Below, piece by piece: positions 1 through 13,572 of a stretch of 64,000 nucleotides of DNA. This DNA is from Methanobacteriota archaeon. GTDB lineage: Archaea; Thermoplasmatota; E2; DHVEG-1. Position numbers and translations under genes: made by a program. How positions within the stretch are numbered: the stretch's first letter is position 1; each line of letters opens with the position of its first letter. Below the pieces are notes generated by a model. That model made no database searches, had not been told where the DNA came from, and saw only the letters and a list, made by a program, of their open reading frames with translations. Where the stretch lies: NCBI GenBank assembly GCA_963769885.1, contig CAVYNH010000006.1, positions 224,001 through 288,000 on the forward strand. Reading direction: 5' to 3'.

Positions 1-689
1 GCGTCGCCGTCCGCGTCGAGGTCAGGGTTCGAGTTCTGGCCGTTGGACTGGTCAGGGGTTGGGTCCAAGCCGTCGGAGCAGAGGGTGATGATATTCTCGT
101 CGGCGTACCCGTAGACCTCGGTGAGGGTGATGTAGATGTTGGAAAGGTCGTCCCAGTATCGGATGTGGTTGTTGCTTGAGTCGTACCCGCCATTCATGAG
201 GATCACCCATCGGTTGTCACGGCCTGAGGTTGCGGGCGCGGTTCCAGGGTGCGTCTGGGGGCGGATGTTGCGTGCGGATAGGAAGCCCTGCATGAAGGGG
301 GTGTCGATGGCGTGGTAGTCCTTGAAATTCTCCGGCGGGCTGTTGGCGTCAAACACCGTAATCTTCGTTGTGGATGCTGAGTAGTAGACGTACTGGACGG
401 GGTGGAAGAGGTTCCGCTGTGGGGAGAGGTCGAGGTAGAGGACGTACCCGGGTCCAGGGACGTCATAGACGTGTTCTCTTGTTCCCATGATGCTGTCGCC
501 TTTGGAGACTGGTCCCCAGACGTAGGCGAGGATCTGGTCGTCCGTATGCGACAGTCGGGCGAGAATGGTATGGGCGACGGCCTGGACGTTGGGCTGCGCG
601 GCCACAGTGGGAAGGATGGCCGGGTAGGATGCCAGGAGCAGGGTGGCAGCTAAGAGTAGTGCGGTTGGGATTGTGTTCTTCTTCATCAT
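1..689 (-). CDS. Secreted peptidase C13/caspase-hemoglobinase-like protein (5' part, runs off the window)
   Basis: Manual translation from ATG at 689: signal peptide MMKKNTIPTALLLAATLLLAS, then NRWVILMNGGYDSSNNHIRYWDDLSNIYITL, resembling the C13 N-terminal motif; frame open to the window edge. Confidence 0.65.
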   Translation of the reverse strand, partial: MMKKNTIPTALLLAATLLLASYPAILPTVAAQPNVQAVAHTILARLSHTDDQILAYVWGPVSKGDSIMGTREHVYDVPGPGYVLYLDLSPQRNLFHPVQYVYYSASTTKITVFDANSPPENFKDYHAIDTPFMQGFLSARNIRPQTHPGTAPATSGRDNRWVILMNGGYDSSNNHIRYWDDLSNIYITLTEVYGYADENIITLCSDGLDPTPDQSNGQNSNPDLDADGD

Positions 690-951
690 CTAGGTTGAAC
701 CCCCTCGGTAAGAATCTAATGCCAAATCCTCTTAATTAATATATTGATTGTGATAATTATACTCTGCCTCGGCCTGGAGGGGAGAGGGGCTTCCCTTTGA
801 GGCAGGGGAAACGTCATGACGGGTACTCTGAAGGGGGGCGTTCTGGCTCGAAATTGATAGGATGAGGCATGGCCGCCGGCTTTGGTTATCTTTTTCACGG
901 CGTTATCTTTTTTAAGCTCATGGATGATTCATTTTATCGGATGCGAGTGCA

Positions 952-1380
952 ATGACGACGCCGTATACGCCCATTCTCTTGGTCGAGGACAACCCGTCTG
1001 ATGAGCAGCGGGTGCTGCAGGCCTTCGACCGCAACGACATGGCGCATCTCGTCCACGTCGCCAGGGACGGCGCCGAGGCGCTCGAGTACCTCTTCGGCGC
1101 GCAGGACGGCAGCATCCTGCGGACTCCACCGCCGCGGCTCATCCTCCTCGACCTGCGGCTCCCGCGGGTCCCTGGGCTTGAGGTCCTGCGACGGATCCGC
1201 GCGCACCCAGAAGGAAAAAACCTCTTCGTCATTGTCTTCACCGTCTCCCGCGAGGAACAGGACCGGGTCGAGGCGACGCGGCTAGGCGCGGACGCCTTCA
1301 TCAACAAACCCGTCGACCTCAGAGAATTCCCCAAGACCATGGAAAAAATCGGCCTGACCTGGCTGATCAGCACCCAATAA
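952..1380 (+). CDS. Single-domain response regulator (CheY-like receiver)
   Basis: ILLVEDN, LILLDLRLP (phosphoacceptor Asp), FINKPVD. Confidence 0.9.
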   Translation: MTTPYTPILLVEDNPSDEQRVLQAFDRNDMAHLVHVARDGAEALEYLFGAQDGSILRTPPPRLILLDLRLPRVPGLEVLRRIRAHPEGKNLFVIVFTVSREEQDRVEATRLGADAFINKPVDLREFPKTMEKIGLTWLISTQ

Positions 1381-1404
1381 ACCCGAACACAACGCCGATG
1401 GACG

Positions 1405-1695
1405 TCAGGACTGCTTCTTGATGAACGGCCAGACGTCCTCCGCCGTCTTCGCGTTATCCACCATGCTCCGGCGTTCCTTCCACCAGTCCGTCGCCTCGAT
1501 GTCCTGGCGGCACTTCTCCAACTTCTCCTTCGCCTGATTGATCTCCACGATCTTCTGCATCGAATGCAAGGTATACTCCATGTACACCATCACGTCGCAG
1601 AGCAGGTCCATGTCCGTGGCGAGCTCCGGGTTGATCATACTCCGGATCTCCTCGCCCACAAACTCAAGAGAAAACGCGGGGAACTTCTTACTCAT
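1405..1695 (-). CDS. Hypothetical protein
   Basis: 96-aa ORF MSKKFPAFSLEF... with host-like codon usage. Confidence 0.6.
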   Translation of the reverse strand: MSKKFPAFSLEFVGEEIRSMINPELATDMDLLCDVMVYMEYTLHSMQKIVEINQAKEKLEKCRQDIEATDWWKERRSMVDNAKTAEDVWPFIKKQS

Positions 1696-1799
1696 CAAAC
1701 CCATGCACGCAGACCTCCACCACACCTAACCACATCGTTCTATATAAGACCTCCCACAACCCCGAGAAAAACCTAATAACCACGCCATGAGATAGGAAC

Positions 1800-1875
1800 C
1801 CCGCATGATGAGCGAACCTTCGCTGAACAACCCCAACACTTCGTTGTGATGATGACGATCTTGAGTGCTGAATTC
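1800..1875 (+). ncRNA. Box C/D guide sRNA
   Basis: C box ATGATGA 1805-1811, guide GCGAACCTTCG, D' CTGA 1823-1826, C' ATGATGA 1849-1855, guide CGATCTTGAGTG, D CTGA 1868-1871; BRE/TATA-like GAAAAACCTAATAA upstream; T-rich tract downstream. Confidence 0.85.
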
Positions 1876-1894
1876 ATCATGCACTACTTTTCTT

Positions 1895-2342
1895 TTAGAT
1901 ATGCGGCGCCAGCATCTCCGCGACCTTCTCAAAAAAATGCCGATCCTCACCCGTGAACGCATCCACCATATCCGAATCCACATCGATCTCCCCAATCACC
2001 ACGCCCTCGCGGAAGATCGGCACCACGATCTCCGAGCGCGTCGACACAAAACACGACAGATACCGTAGGTCATGACGTACATCTGACACCACCTCCGTCT
2101 TCCCAGACTTCGCCGCCGCCCCACAAATCCCAATCCCCAACGGGATCCGCGTATGCTCCGTCGCCTGCGGCCCTACCCACGGGCCCAACACCAGCATCCC
2201 CTCCCGCACCACATACACCCCCACCCATGAGTACCTGGGGGAACCACCGTACCAACGCTGCCACCACGTCCCGGACTGCCTCCGGCTCATCACGCGTTAA
2301 TAACACCTGAATTTGGTTGATCGCCTCATCCCGCCTCACCAC
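1895..2342 (-). CDS. GAF-domain protein (free Met-R-sulfoxide reductase-like), with a +1 frameshift near 2235
   Basis: YSWVGVY, GIGICGAAA, YLSCFVSTRSEIVVPI, IGEIDVDS; the N-terminus (MVRRDEAINQ...RWFP) lies in another frame; the 448-nt span is one base over a multiple of 3. Confidence 0.8.
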
Positions 2343-2355
2343 ACATCCCTCCTCT

Positions 2356-3594
2356 TCATGCCTTAAACTCCAACAAGCTCGCCTGACGATCCCCTGGCAC
2401 CGCTACTGACGCTGCCTCTGGCTCTGCCTCAGTCGGCAGCTCAATCGAGCCGTACTGCCCGCCGCCTCCTGGGATAATCCGCACCTTATGCTCACGGAAC
2501 AGCTGGATCGCATCCGCAATCGCCGGCGACGTCACCCGCCGGATCCTCCCCAGGTCCCCATCAACCAGCACTGAAATCTCGTCCCCAAACTCCGTGATGA
2601 GCTCCTCCCAACGTCTCGAAACGGTCTGGCTGAACGGTGTCCGCTGCCCCACCGCCTTCGTGATGATCTCTGCCAACGGGATCAGATGAAGATACGGCGG
2701 CCGATGGTCCGGATGCAACGGCGCCTCACGGGTCGCAATCTGCGCGACCCGATCCCGCACCCCCTTCTTGATCCGCTTCCCGCAGCGGCAGCGCCACCGC
2801 CGTCGTTCTGCTTCCACCAGCGAATAGTGCGTGAAGCAAGAGATGCACGCGGACTCGTTGTACTTCCCCTCTTGCGGCGGCAGCCCGACGTTCAACACCG
2901 GACGATTCCCCCCGGTCCGCAGGATCGCCTTGCGCAGCTCCGCAAACGTCGCCTCACCCACCTCGAACCGCGTGAACTCCCGGGCGAGACGCACCGGGTG
3001 AGGACTATGACTATCCGAGTTCGTCAGGAACGTCAGCCGATGCAGCTCATCGATCGTGTCCGCATAATCCGTGTCCGCGCTCAACCCCAACTCAACAAAC
3101 GACACATACCCCGCAGCGTCCCCATAACAATCCGTCAGGCTGTCGTGGTATGCGTACATCGACGTCCACGGCGTGAAGGCATGCGCCGGCCCGATGAGCG
3201 CCTCCACGTCCTTGGCGAGTAACGCAAGCTCCGTGCCGCCTAGGGCAATGTTCGGCCGACCGTCCGTCTCCAGATTCTTCGAGAACCCTGAAACCCGCTC
3301 CTTGAACGTCTCTACCGTGGAGAGACTGGGGAAATACAAGAGGTGATGAACCCTGTGCATGTCCTCGACTTCTGTGCTGAGGACGAAACGGGTCCCGTTC
3401 CGCTCGAACGTCCCGTCGTCAATCCGTGTGCAGCTCCGAATCTGCTCAAGCCATCCCCCATGTAGGCAGTCGCCGGTCGCCACCATCTGGATGCCCTTCC
3501 GGGGCGCCTCACGCGACAACGTCTCCAGATCCATTGAGTCGCTCGTCGCCGCGGAATACCGGGAATGGATATGCAGGTCCGCGTTGATCAACAT
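2356..3594 (-). CDS. PHP-domain endonuclease Q family protein (TIGR00375-like)
   Basis: ADLHIHSRYS, PAHAFTPW, ELGLSAD, NSDSHS, GKY followed by a CxxC Zn ribbon, C-terminal PGGGGQYG. Confidence 0.85.
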   Translation of the reverse strand: MLINADLHIHSRYSAATSDSMDLETLSREAPRKGIQMVATGDCLHGGWLEQIRSCTRIDDGTFERNGTRFVLSTEVEDMHRVHHLLYFPSLSTVETFKERVSGFSKNLETDGRPNIALGGTELALLAKDVEALIGPAHAFTPWTSMYAYHDSLTDCYGDAAGYVSFVELGLSADTDYADTIDELHRLTFLTNSDSHSPHPVRLAREFTRFEVGEATFAELRKAILRTGGNRPVLNVGLPPQEGKYNESACISCFTHYSLVEAERRRWRCRCGKRIKKGVRDRVAQIATREAPLHPDHRPPYLHLIPLAEIITKAVGQRTPFSQTVSRRWEELITEFGDEISVLVDGDLGRIRRVTSPAIADAIQLFREHKVRIIPGGGGQYGSIELPTEAEPEAASVAVPGDRQASLLEFKA

Positions 3595-3604
3595 CAGGTC
3601 GCCC

Positions 3605-5362
3605 CTATGGCTTCGGCTTCTCAGGCTCCGTCGGGACCGCTGCCCGGCCTCGCGACGAGGGATGAGCATGCTCCTCGTAGAACGTGTCCTTCACCGCGAT
3701 CTCTACCATCCCGGCGATGAAGAAGATGATACTCGCGAAAACCAACAGGTAGACGCCCCAGCCCATCTGCCAGGACACCATCATCGTGCTGCCTGGGACG
3801 TCCGGCACGGCCATCGCTATCGACCCCTGGAACGGCGCCTGAGAAATCGCAGTCAACGTCTGTGCCATCGGCGCCTTCGCCTCAGACACAGTCACCGGCA
3901 CCAGCCCCGCAAGCTGCCCGAGGACCACCGTAAAGATCAAGATCAGGATGAGCGGGAACAACAGTCGGATTCCCCGGCCGACATACCGCACGCCGAGTTT
4001 CCGGCTCCGAGAGATTCCAATCGTCCCCAGAACCAGGAGCACCGTGCCAATCAACACGATGTAGGCGAAAGGCATGACCAGCGAACCCAGCGACACCGGC
4101 CCCTGCCCCGACGGGAAGGTCGCCTGCAGTCCATTGAACGCATCGATCGTCAACAGCTTATCAAGGACGATCTCCTGACCAGCCACCGAGAATCGACCCG
4201 AGACCGTGTACCAGGGGAAGAACACCGCCAGCACCGTGAGCACCAAACCAACGATGCACAGGATGTTACTGATACTGTGTATGTTCGCCCCATCGATATA
4301 CAGCATGGAGAAAATCCTCGGCCCGAGGCCTGTGCGACGATGGCGCCGCACGACAGCAACAGCCAAGAACAACAGGGCGACGAGCGTGAACAAGACCAAG
4401 AAGATTAAGAAATTATAGACGAACCATTCCGCGATGAACAACGGCTGCTGCGCCTGCAACAGATTCGCCCCCCAGGCGAGCGGGTCCTGCCACATCTGCC
4501 CGCCCTCACGGAACATCGGGCCCTCTGGCCCTGCTTCTCCGAGGAGCGCCGCCTGGACCGCATCAGATTGGTTGCCGCCGATCCAGCCCCAGTTCCCAGC
4601 ATACGAGAGCCACGACTGATTCTCCAAGACCGTGAGCGTATAGCCATCAGGCTGCAGCACCAGTCCGTTCGCCCCCACCGAATCAGACGCGACCCCCAGC
4701 TTCCCGGAGAACGACCGCAGATACGAGGCATGGCTGCCCCGGGCAATGTAGACCTTCATGTGGTCGCCCTCGTGCTCGACCAATGACCACGGCGCCCGCT
4801 GACCCTGATTATGCTGACTGTACATCACCTGTGACGGCACACCGCTTTGGACGACAACCTGTGCCATCTCCCAGTCCGCCTCATGGCGATTCAACTCACC
4901 GGGGTTGAAGACATAGAAGAACCAGTACTGGATGACGGTCCCCTGCGGAAGGGTGTCGACCCGGGCATAGACAGTGTAGCCCAGAAAAGCACGGTTGGCC
5001 TCATAGGCCTGCACAATACCATCGTCCGACACAGTCCCCAGCTGGTTATCCAGAAAATACTTCTGCGCAGAATTGTTATACGAGCCGAGCGACTCTGGCG
5101 ACGGCGAGGCGTTCACCAACACCGGCCCCGTGTCCGTCGACCGGTACAGCTGCGAATGCTGAACATAATACGCGACATCAACAGGATAACACGTCTCACC
5201 CTGCTCAAAATACAGGACCGGCGCAAACCGGCTCGCGAGAGCCTCGTCCTCCGTGGACGCTCCCAACGCCCCAGAAGCCCCAATAATCAGGATACCGATA
5301 AGCCCCAGAGATAGAACAATCGCTCTTCTTCTCACGCTAAACCACTCCCCACACCGTATCAA
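3605..5362 (-). CDS. Membrane protein with an extracellular Vps62/NPP1-like domain
   Basis: Signal peptide, FAPVLYF, QYWFFYVFN, HEADWE, YSQH, GSHASY, followed by about 5 TM segments. Confidence 0.7.
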   Translation of the reverse strand: MIRCGEWFSVRRRAIVLSLGLIGILIIGASGALGASTEDEALASRFAPVLYFEQGETCYPVDVAYYVQHSQLYRSTDTGPVLVNASPSPESLGSYNNSAQKYFLDNQLGTVSDDGIVQAYEANRAFLGYTVYARVDTLPQGTVIQYWFFYVFNPGELNRHEADWEMAQVVVQSGVPSQVMYSQHNQGQRAPWSLVEHEGDHMKVYIARGSHASYLRSFSGKLGVASDSVGANGLVLQPDGYTLTVLENQSWLSYAGNWGWIGGNQSDAVQAALLGEAGPEGPMFREGGQMWQDPLAWGANLLQAQQPLFIAEWFVYNFLIFLVLFTLVALLFLAVAVVRRHRRTGLGPRIFSMLYIDGANIHSISNILCIVGLVLTVLAVFFPWYTVSGRFSVAGQEIVLDKLLTIDAFNGLQATFPSGQGPVSLGSLVMPFAYIVLIGTVLLVLGTIGISRSRKLGVRYVGRGIRLLFPLILILIFTVVLGQLAGLVPVTVSEAKAPMAQTLTAISQAPFQGSIAMAVPDVPGSTMMVSWQMGWGVYLLVFASIIFFIAGMVEIAVKDTFYEEHAHPSSRGRAAVPTEPEKPKP

Positions 5363-5413
5363 AAAAGGATATCATCTCGCGGCTTTTCAACCCTTCGAAG
5401 GAGACAGGGGGGT

Positions 5414-5833
5414 CTACACGGGTAGCTGCGCCGGCGAAATCCGACTGATCGACACCTCAGTCGCCAGCCCCGACTGCATCAGCGTACGGCGGATCTCCTC
5501 ATCCGGGAACGGACAGCGCGACCGGTCCGCGATGATATGCCACCGCGCCGCCTTCCCACGAGCAAAACTCTTCGACTCCGTCATAATCAGATCCAGGTTC
5601 ATCTTCGCGATCACGCTCGCCGCCTTCGCAAGACTGCCCGGCGCATCCGAAAACTCCACCTCGATCCGAATCAAATTCGCCGGCTGACCAGCGATCGGAC
5701 TGAGCACCAACGCATTGATCTTCTCGTCAAGACTCAGCAATAATTCATCGCCATCCTTCAACTGCAACGCCTCGCGAAACTCCGTCGGAATCACGAGCCT
5801 ACCGCGGTTATCAATCCTCAGAATCGTATTCAT
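5414..5833 (-). CDS. AbrB/MazE/SpoVT DNA-binding plus ACT-domain regulator
   Basis: RIDNRGRLVIPTEFREALQLKDGDEL; DAPGSLAKAASVIAKMNLDL. Confidence 0.8.
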   Translation of the reverse strand: MNTILRIDNRGRLVIPTEFREALQLKDGDELLLSLDEKINALVLSPIAGQPANLIRIEVEFSDAPGSLAKAASVIAKMNLDLIMTESKSFARGKAARWHIIADRSRCPFPDEEIRRTLMQSGLATEVSISRISPAQLPV

Positions 5834-6026
5834 CACAAACCCCCCAATGGGAACACTGTGGGCATCGCCGCCAGAGTATATAAACATACCCACAAAAAAC
5901 AGGAGAAAAACCACCCTAAAAACCATAACCTTTATTAGCCATGGAATCATATGAGTTCTCCGAGAAAAACACGACGGGAGCATGGGATGTCCTAGCTACA
6001 AAACAACCATCGCAGATACTCCATAG

Positions 6027-9267
<3,241 letters not shown>

Positions 9268-9287
9268 ACCAGTTTTGAGGAGACACC

Positions 9288-12167
9288 ATGCCAGAAGAAC
9301 AACAAGACGCAAGGGATTTCAACCAAGACATCAACGCGGAGATGAAACGCGCCTTCATCGACTACGCCATGAGCGTCATCATGAGCCGCGCCCTCCCCGA
9401 CGTCCGCGACGGACTCAAACCCGTCCACCGCCGCATCCTCTACGCGATGAACGAGATGGGGCTCACATTCGAAAAGCCGTACAAGAAGTCTGCAAGCGTG
9501 GTTGGCGAGGTTCTCGGCAAGTACCACCCCCACGGCGACCAGGCCATCTACGATTCTCTCGTTCGCATGGCGCAGGACTTTTCCCTTAGGTATCCGCTTG
9601 TCTCTGGCCACGGAAATTTCGGATCGGTCGACGGTGACAGCGCAGCGGCTATGAGATATACAGAAACAAAAGTTGCAAAAATAACTAAACTAATGTTACA
9701 AGATATAGATAAAGAAACTGTTGAATGGCGTGACAACTATGATGGCTCATTAAAAGAGCCGAAAGTTCTACCTGCAGTCATTCCAAACCTGCTTTTAAAT
9801 GGTTCCTCAGGAATCGCTGTCGGCATGGCGACCAACATTCCACCCCACAACCTCAACGAGGTCGTTGACGGCACCATCCGCCTCATCGACCAGCCTGAGA
9901 CCTCCACCACGGAGCTCATGGAAATCATCAAAGGACCAGACTTCCCCACCGGCGGCATCATCTACGGCCGCGGCGGCATCCTCTCCGCCTACTCCACCGG
10001 ACGCGGCCCCGTCATCGTCCGCGCCAAGACCAGCATCGAGGAAGGAGAGACCAAGAACAAGATCATCGTCCACGAACTCCCCTACATGGTCAACAAGGCG
10101 ACCCTCCTGCAGCGGATCGCCGAGCTCGTCAAAGAAAAGAAAATCGAAGGCATTTCGGACCTCCGCGACGAAAGCGACCGCGACGGCATGCGCATCGTCA
10201 TCGAGCTGAAACGCGACGCCATCGAAGACGTCGTCCTCAACCAGCTCTACGAGCACACCGAGATGCAGTCCTCCTTCGGCATCCTCAACCTCGCCATCGT
10301 CCAAGGAGAACCCCGCGTCCTCACCCTCAAAGAAATCCTGCAATACTTCATCGAGTACCGCATCGAGATCATCACCCGCCGGACGACCTACGACCTCAAG
10401 AAGGCCAAGGAACGGATGCACATCCTCGAAGGCCTCATGATCGCGGTCAAGAACATCGACGAGGTCATCGCCATCATCCGCAAGAGCAAGGAAGCCGAAG
10501 AGGCAAAGACCAAACTCATGGCCCGCTTCAGACTCTCGGAGATCCAGGCCAAGGCAATCCTTGAGATGCGGCTACAGAAACTCACCGGCATGGAAATCGA
10601 GGCTCTCAAGAAAGAGCATACCGAGACCAAGGCCCTCATCGAACAGCTCGAGGACCTGCTCCACGACAAAGCGAAGATCCTCACGGAGATTAAACGCGAG
10701 CTCCTCGAACTCAAGGAGAAGTTCGGCGACGACCGGCGCACCCAAATCGTCGAGGGCGAGGCCGGCATCGACATCGAAGACCTCATCCCCAAGCAGGAGG
10801 TCGTCGTCACCATCACCAAGGACGGCTACATCAAGCGCATCCCCACCGAAACCTACCGCACCCAGCACCGCGGTGGCAAAGGCCTCATCGGCATCCGGCC
10901 CAAGGAGGAGGACTACGTCGTCGACTGCTTCATCACCCACTCCCACGACTACCTCATGTTCTTCACGAACCACGGCCGCGTCTACTGGCTCAAGGCCTAC
11001 AAGATCCCGGAGGCGGACCGCCACGCCAAGGGCAAGGCCATCATCAACCTCCTCCCCCGCCTCGAAGAAGGAGAGAAGGTCGAGACCGCGCTGCCCATCC
11101 ATGAGTTCGACGACAAGCACTACCTCATCTTCGCCACCAAACGCGGCACCATCAAAAAAACCGAGCTCTCCCAGTACAGTAACATCCGCGTCAACGGCAT
11201 CCGCGCCATCAACCTCGAGGAGGGCGACGAGCTCATCAACATCGAACTCTCGGATGGCAATAGGACCGTGATGATCGCGACCGCGAAAGGCCAGGCCTGC
11301 CGGTTCAGCGAGAAGGAGATCCGGCCGATGGGCCGCGCGACCTACGGCGTCATCGGCATCCGCTTGAAAGACAAGAAGGACTCCGTCGTCGCCATGACGG
11401 TCACCGACATGACCGGCTCCCTGCTCACGATCACGGAGAACGGGTTCGGGAAACGCTCACCCATCGACGAGTACCGGTTCACCCATCGCGGGAGCCACGG
11501 CGTCCGGACCATCATCACCAACGATCGGAACGGCAACGTCGTCTTCGTCAGCCAGGTCACCGACGACAACGAACTCATCATCACCACCGAGCAAGGCATG
11601 ACCGTCCGCATCCCCGTCAAAGACATCCGAGAGCAGGGGCGCAACACCCAAGGCGTGCGCATCATGCGGCTTAACGACAGTGACAAGGTCGTTTCCGTCA
11701 CCAAAACCATCTCGGTCTCTGAGAACGGGACTCCCTGCGCCTCGGACGAGAATGGTCTGCCGCCGTCACCACAGCCCGCTGTTATCACGCCGCCGGGTAC
11801 CCGTGCTGAGCCTCTACCGCGTGCGGAACCAGCACGAGAGCCTTCAGAGGAAGCTGAGGAAGCACCGCCCAAGAGACAACCAGTCCGTAGGCGCACGAAA
11901 AAGAAGCGGGCTGCGTTGAAGGCCGCACCTAAGAAGAAGGCCTCGAAGACAGTTCGGGTGAAGCCAAAGCCTAAGCCGAAGACTAGAAAGAAGCCGACGA
12001 AAAAACCGGTGCGGGCGAAGGCGAAGCCAAAGCCGAAACCAAAAGTAACCAAGAAGCGAATCCGGCCGGGTGCGAAGAAGAAGGCGAAGGTCGTCGCCAA
12101 GAAGAAAGCGAAGACGGTGAGGGCAAAAAAGAAAATCGTTGTGAAGAAGGCCAAGAAGAAACGCTGA
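9288..12167 (+). CDS. gyrA: DNA gyrase subunit A with a long basic C-terminal tail
   Basis: [28 protein letters not shown], GyrA box QHRGGKG, pinwheel repeats. Confidence 0.97.
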   Translation: MPEEQQDARDFNQDINAEMKRAFIDYAMSVIMSRALPDVRDGLKPVHRRILYAMNEMGLTFEKPYKKSASVVGEVLGKYHPHGDQAIYDSLVRMAQDFSLRYPLVSGHGNFGSVDGDSAAAMRYTETKVAKITKLMLQDIDKETVEWRDNYDGSLKEPKVLPAVIPNLLLNGSSGIAVGMATNIPPHNLNEVVDGTIRLIDQPETSTTELMEIIKGPDFPTGGIIYGRGGILSAYSTGRGPVIVRAKTSIEEGETKNKIIVHELPYMVNKATLLQRIAELVKEKKIEGISDLRDESDRDGMRIVIELKRDAIEDVVLNQLYEHTEMQSSFGILNLAIVQGEPRVLTLKEILQYFIEYRIEIITRRTTYDLKKAKERMHILEGLMIAVKNIDEVIAIIRKSKEAEEAKTKLMARFRLSEIQAKAILEMRLQKLTGMEIEALKKEHTETKALIEQLEDLLHDKAKILTEIKRELLELKEKFGDDRRTQIVEGEAGIDIEDLIPKQEVVVTITKDGYIKRIPTETYRTQHRGGKGLIGIRPKEEDYVVDCFITHSHDYLMFFTNHGRVYWLKAYKIPEADRHAKGKAIINLLPRLEEGEKVETALPIHEFDDKHYLIFATKRGTIKKTELSQYSNIRVNGIRAINLEEGDELINIELSDGNRTVMIATAKGQACRFSEKEIRPMGRATYGVIGIRLKDKKDSVVAMTVTDMTGSLLTITENGFGKRSPIDEYRFTHRGSHGVRTIITNDRNGNVVFVSQVTDDNELIITTEQGMTVRIPVKDIREQGRNTQGVRIMRLNDSDKVVSVTKTISVSENGTPCASDENGLPPSPQPAVITPPGTRAEPLPRAEPAREPSEEAEEAPPKRQPVRRRTKKKRAALKAAPKKKASKTVRVKPKPKPKTRKKPTKKPVRAKAKPKPKPKVTKKRIRPGAKKKAKVVAKKKAKTVRAKKKIVVKKAKKKR

Positions 12168-12270
12168 ACGGTATGACTCGGGACGGCGGCTTCTGGTTTT
12201 GGGCCTGGCACCGTCTTTTTTGGTGCCTGGTCGAATACATCTGAGTCAGTCCTTATAAACCTCCCGCGAG

Positions 12271-13383
12271 ATGCCCAGGCCTGTGAGAAGCCCGCGCATC
12301 CCCCTCTTTGAATGGCTCCGGACCTCAGCTCCGAAAACCAAGTACCCCCTCGGCTTCAGCAACATCACCGGCGTCTCGTATGAGGAGTACCTCAGCCTCA
12401 CCGGGTTCACGATCCCCAGGGACTTCGACCTCGGCCTTGACCACCCCTACGGCGCCGCGCCGCTGACCGAGGCCCTCGCCGCGAAATACCACTGCGCCCA
12501 GGAGAACATCGTGACGACCTCCGGGGGCACCGAGGCCAACTACCTTGTCTTCTCCTCCCTGCTCTCACCCGGAGACGAGGTGATCATCGAACAACCCTGT
12601 TACGGGCCGCTCTGGCTGACGCCGCAGGCGCTCGGCGCCCGGGTCGTCCCCTGGCCGCGTCGGTTCGAAGCTAAATATCAGCTTGACCTTGATCTCCTGC
12701 CAAAGCTGATCTCGAAGCGGACGAAACTGATCGTCCTGACGAATCTGCACAACCCTAGCGGGGTGCTCCTCCCTCGGGCGACGCTGCAGCGGGTCGCCGA
12801 CCTCGCCAGCCTCCATGGTTTCTTCGTCCTCGTCGATGAGATCTTCCTGGATGGCGCGCTGTCGCCGCAGCCGTCGGCCTTCGGCCTGCCGAACACCCTG
12901 GTCACCTCGAGCATGAGCAAGGTTTTTGGGCTTGGCGGCTTGCGGACGGGATGGATCATCGCCCCGGAACATGTCGCGCTTCAATGCCAGGCGACCAAAT
13001 CCCATACCACCGGGGCATCCTCTGGGCTCTCGGAAACGCTCAATGCCTATGTCCTCTCAAAAGCCCAGGATGCACTCCTTGAACGGTTCCGGAAGCGAAC
13101 GCACGAAAACCTAGATGTCGTCAGAGAATGGGTGAGGACAAACCCCGATCTCCTCGAATGGGTCGAGCCCTTCGGAGGGACTATCTGCTTCCCTCGTTAC
13201 CATCTAAAAATTTCATCTCAGCAGCTCTGCACGCAGATGCTCGACTCCTGCGGCGTCCTGCTCGCGCCCGGGGAGCATTTCTTTCAAGATGGTCACGTAC
13301 GCCTCGGGTATGGCATCGACACCGCCCTCCTGAAGCAGGGGCTTCGTCTGTGCACAGAGCATTTTAGGCCAATGAAAAAATAG
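12271..13383 (+). CDS. PLP-dependent aminotransferase class I/II
   Basis: TNLHNPSG, VDEIF, SMSKVFGLGGLRTGW. Confidence 0.9.
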   Translation: MPRPVRSPRIPLFEWLRTSAPKTKYPLGFSNITGVSYEEYLSLTGFTIPRDFDLGLDHPYGAAPLTEALAAKYHCAQENIVTTSGGTEANYLVFSSLLSPGDEVIIEQPCYGPLWLTPQALGARVVPWPRRFEAKYQLDLDLLPKLISKRTKLIVLTNLHNPSGVLLPRATLQRVADLASLHGFFVLVDEIFLDGALSPQPSAFGLPNTLVTSSMSKVFGLGGLRTGWIIAPEHVALQCQATKSHTTGASSGLSETLNAYVLSKAQDALLERFRKRTHENLDVVREWVRTNPDLLEWVEPFGGTICFPRYHLKISSQQLCTQMLDSCGVLLAPGEHFFQDGHVRLGYGIDTALLKQGLRLCTEHFRPMKK

Positions 13384-13572
13384 CGGCTACGCAGAAAAAA
13401 AGACTGTGTTGAAAAAACGTGCACTATGAATATCATTGTGTGGTTCGAAAAGTAAACCATTGAAAGCGATGTAAGTGTTCCTCAGGATGAAAATGCGGCG
13501 GGTTTCACCTGTTTTTTCTCCTTGGGCGCTAGCTTTTTATAAGATGAACTTCTTACTCTGCTAAAAAATCAG

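Noticed and set aside
764-806. Intergenic hairpin CTGCCTC...GAGGCAG
   Set aside because: Short GC-rich stem with no recognisable RNA motif; could occur by chance
1774-1880. 35-aa minus-strand ORF with CWGC
   Set aside because: It overlaps the much better supported box C/D RNA on the + strand
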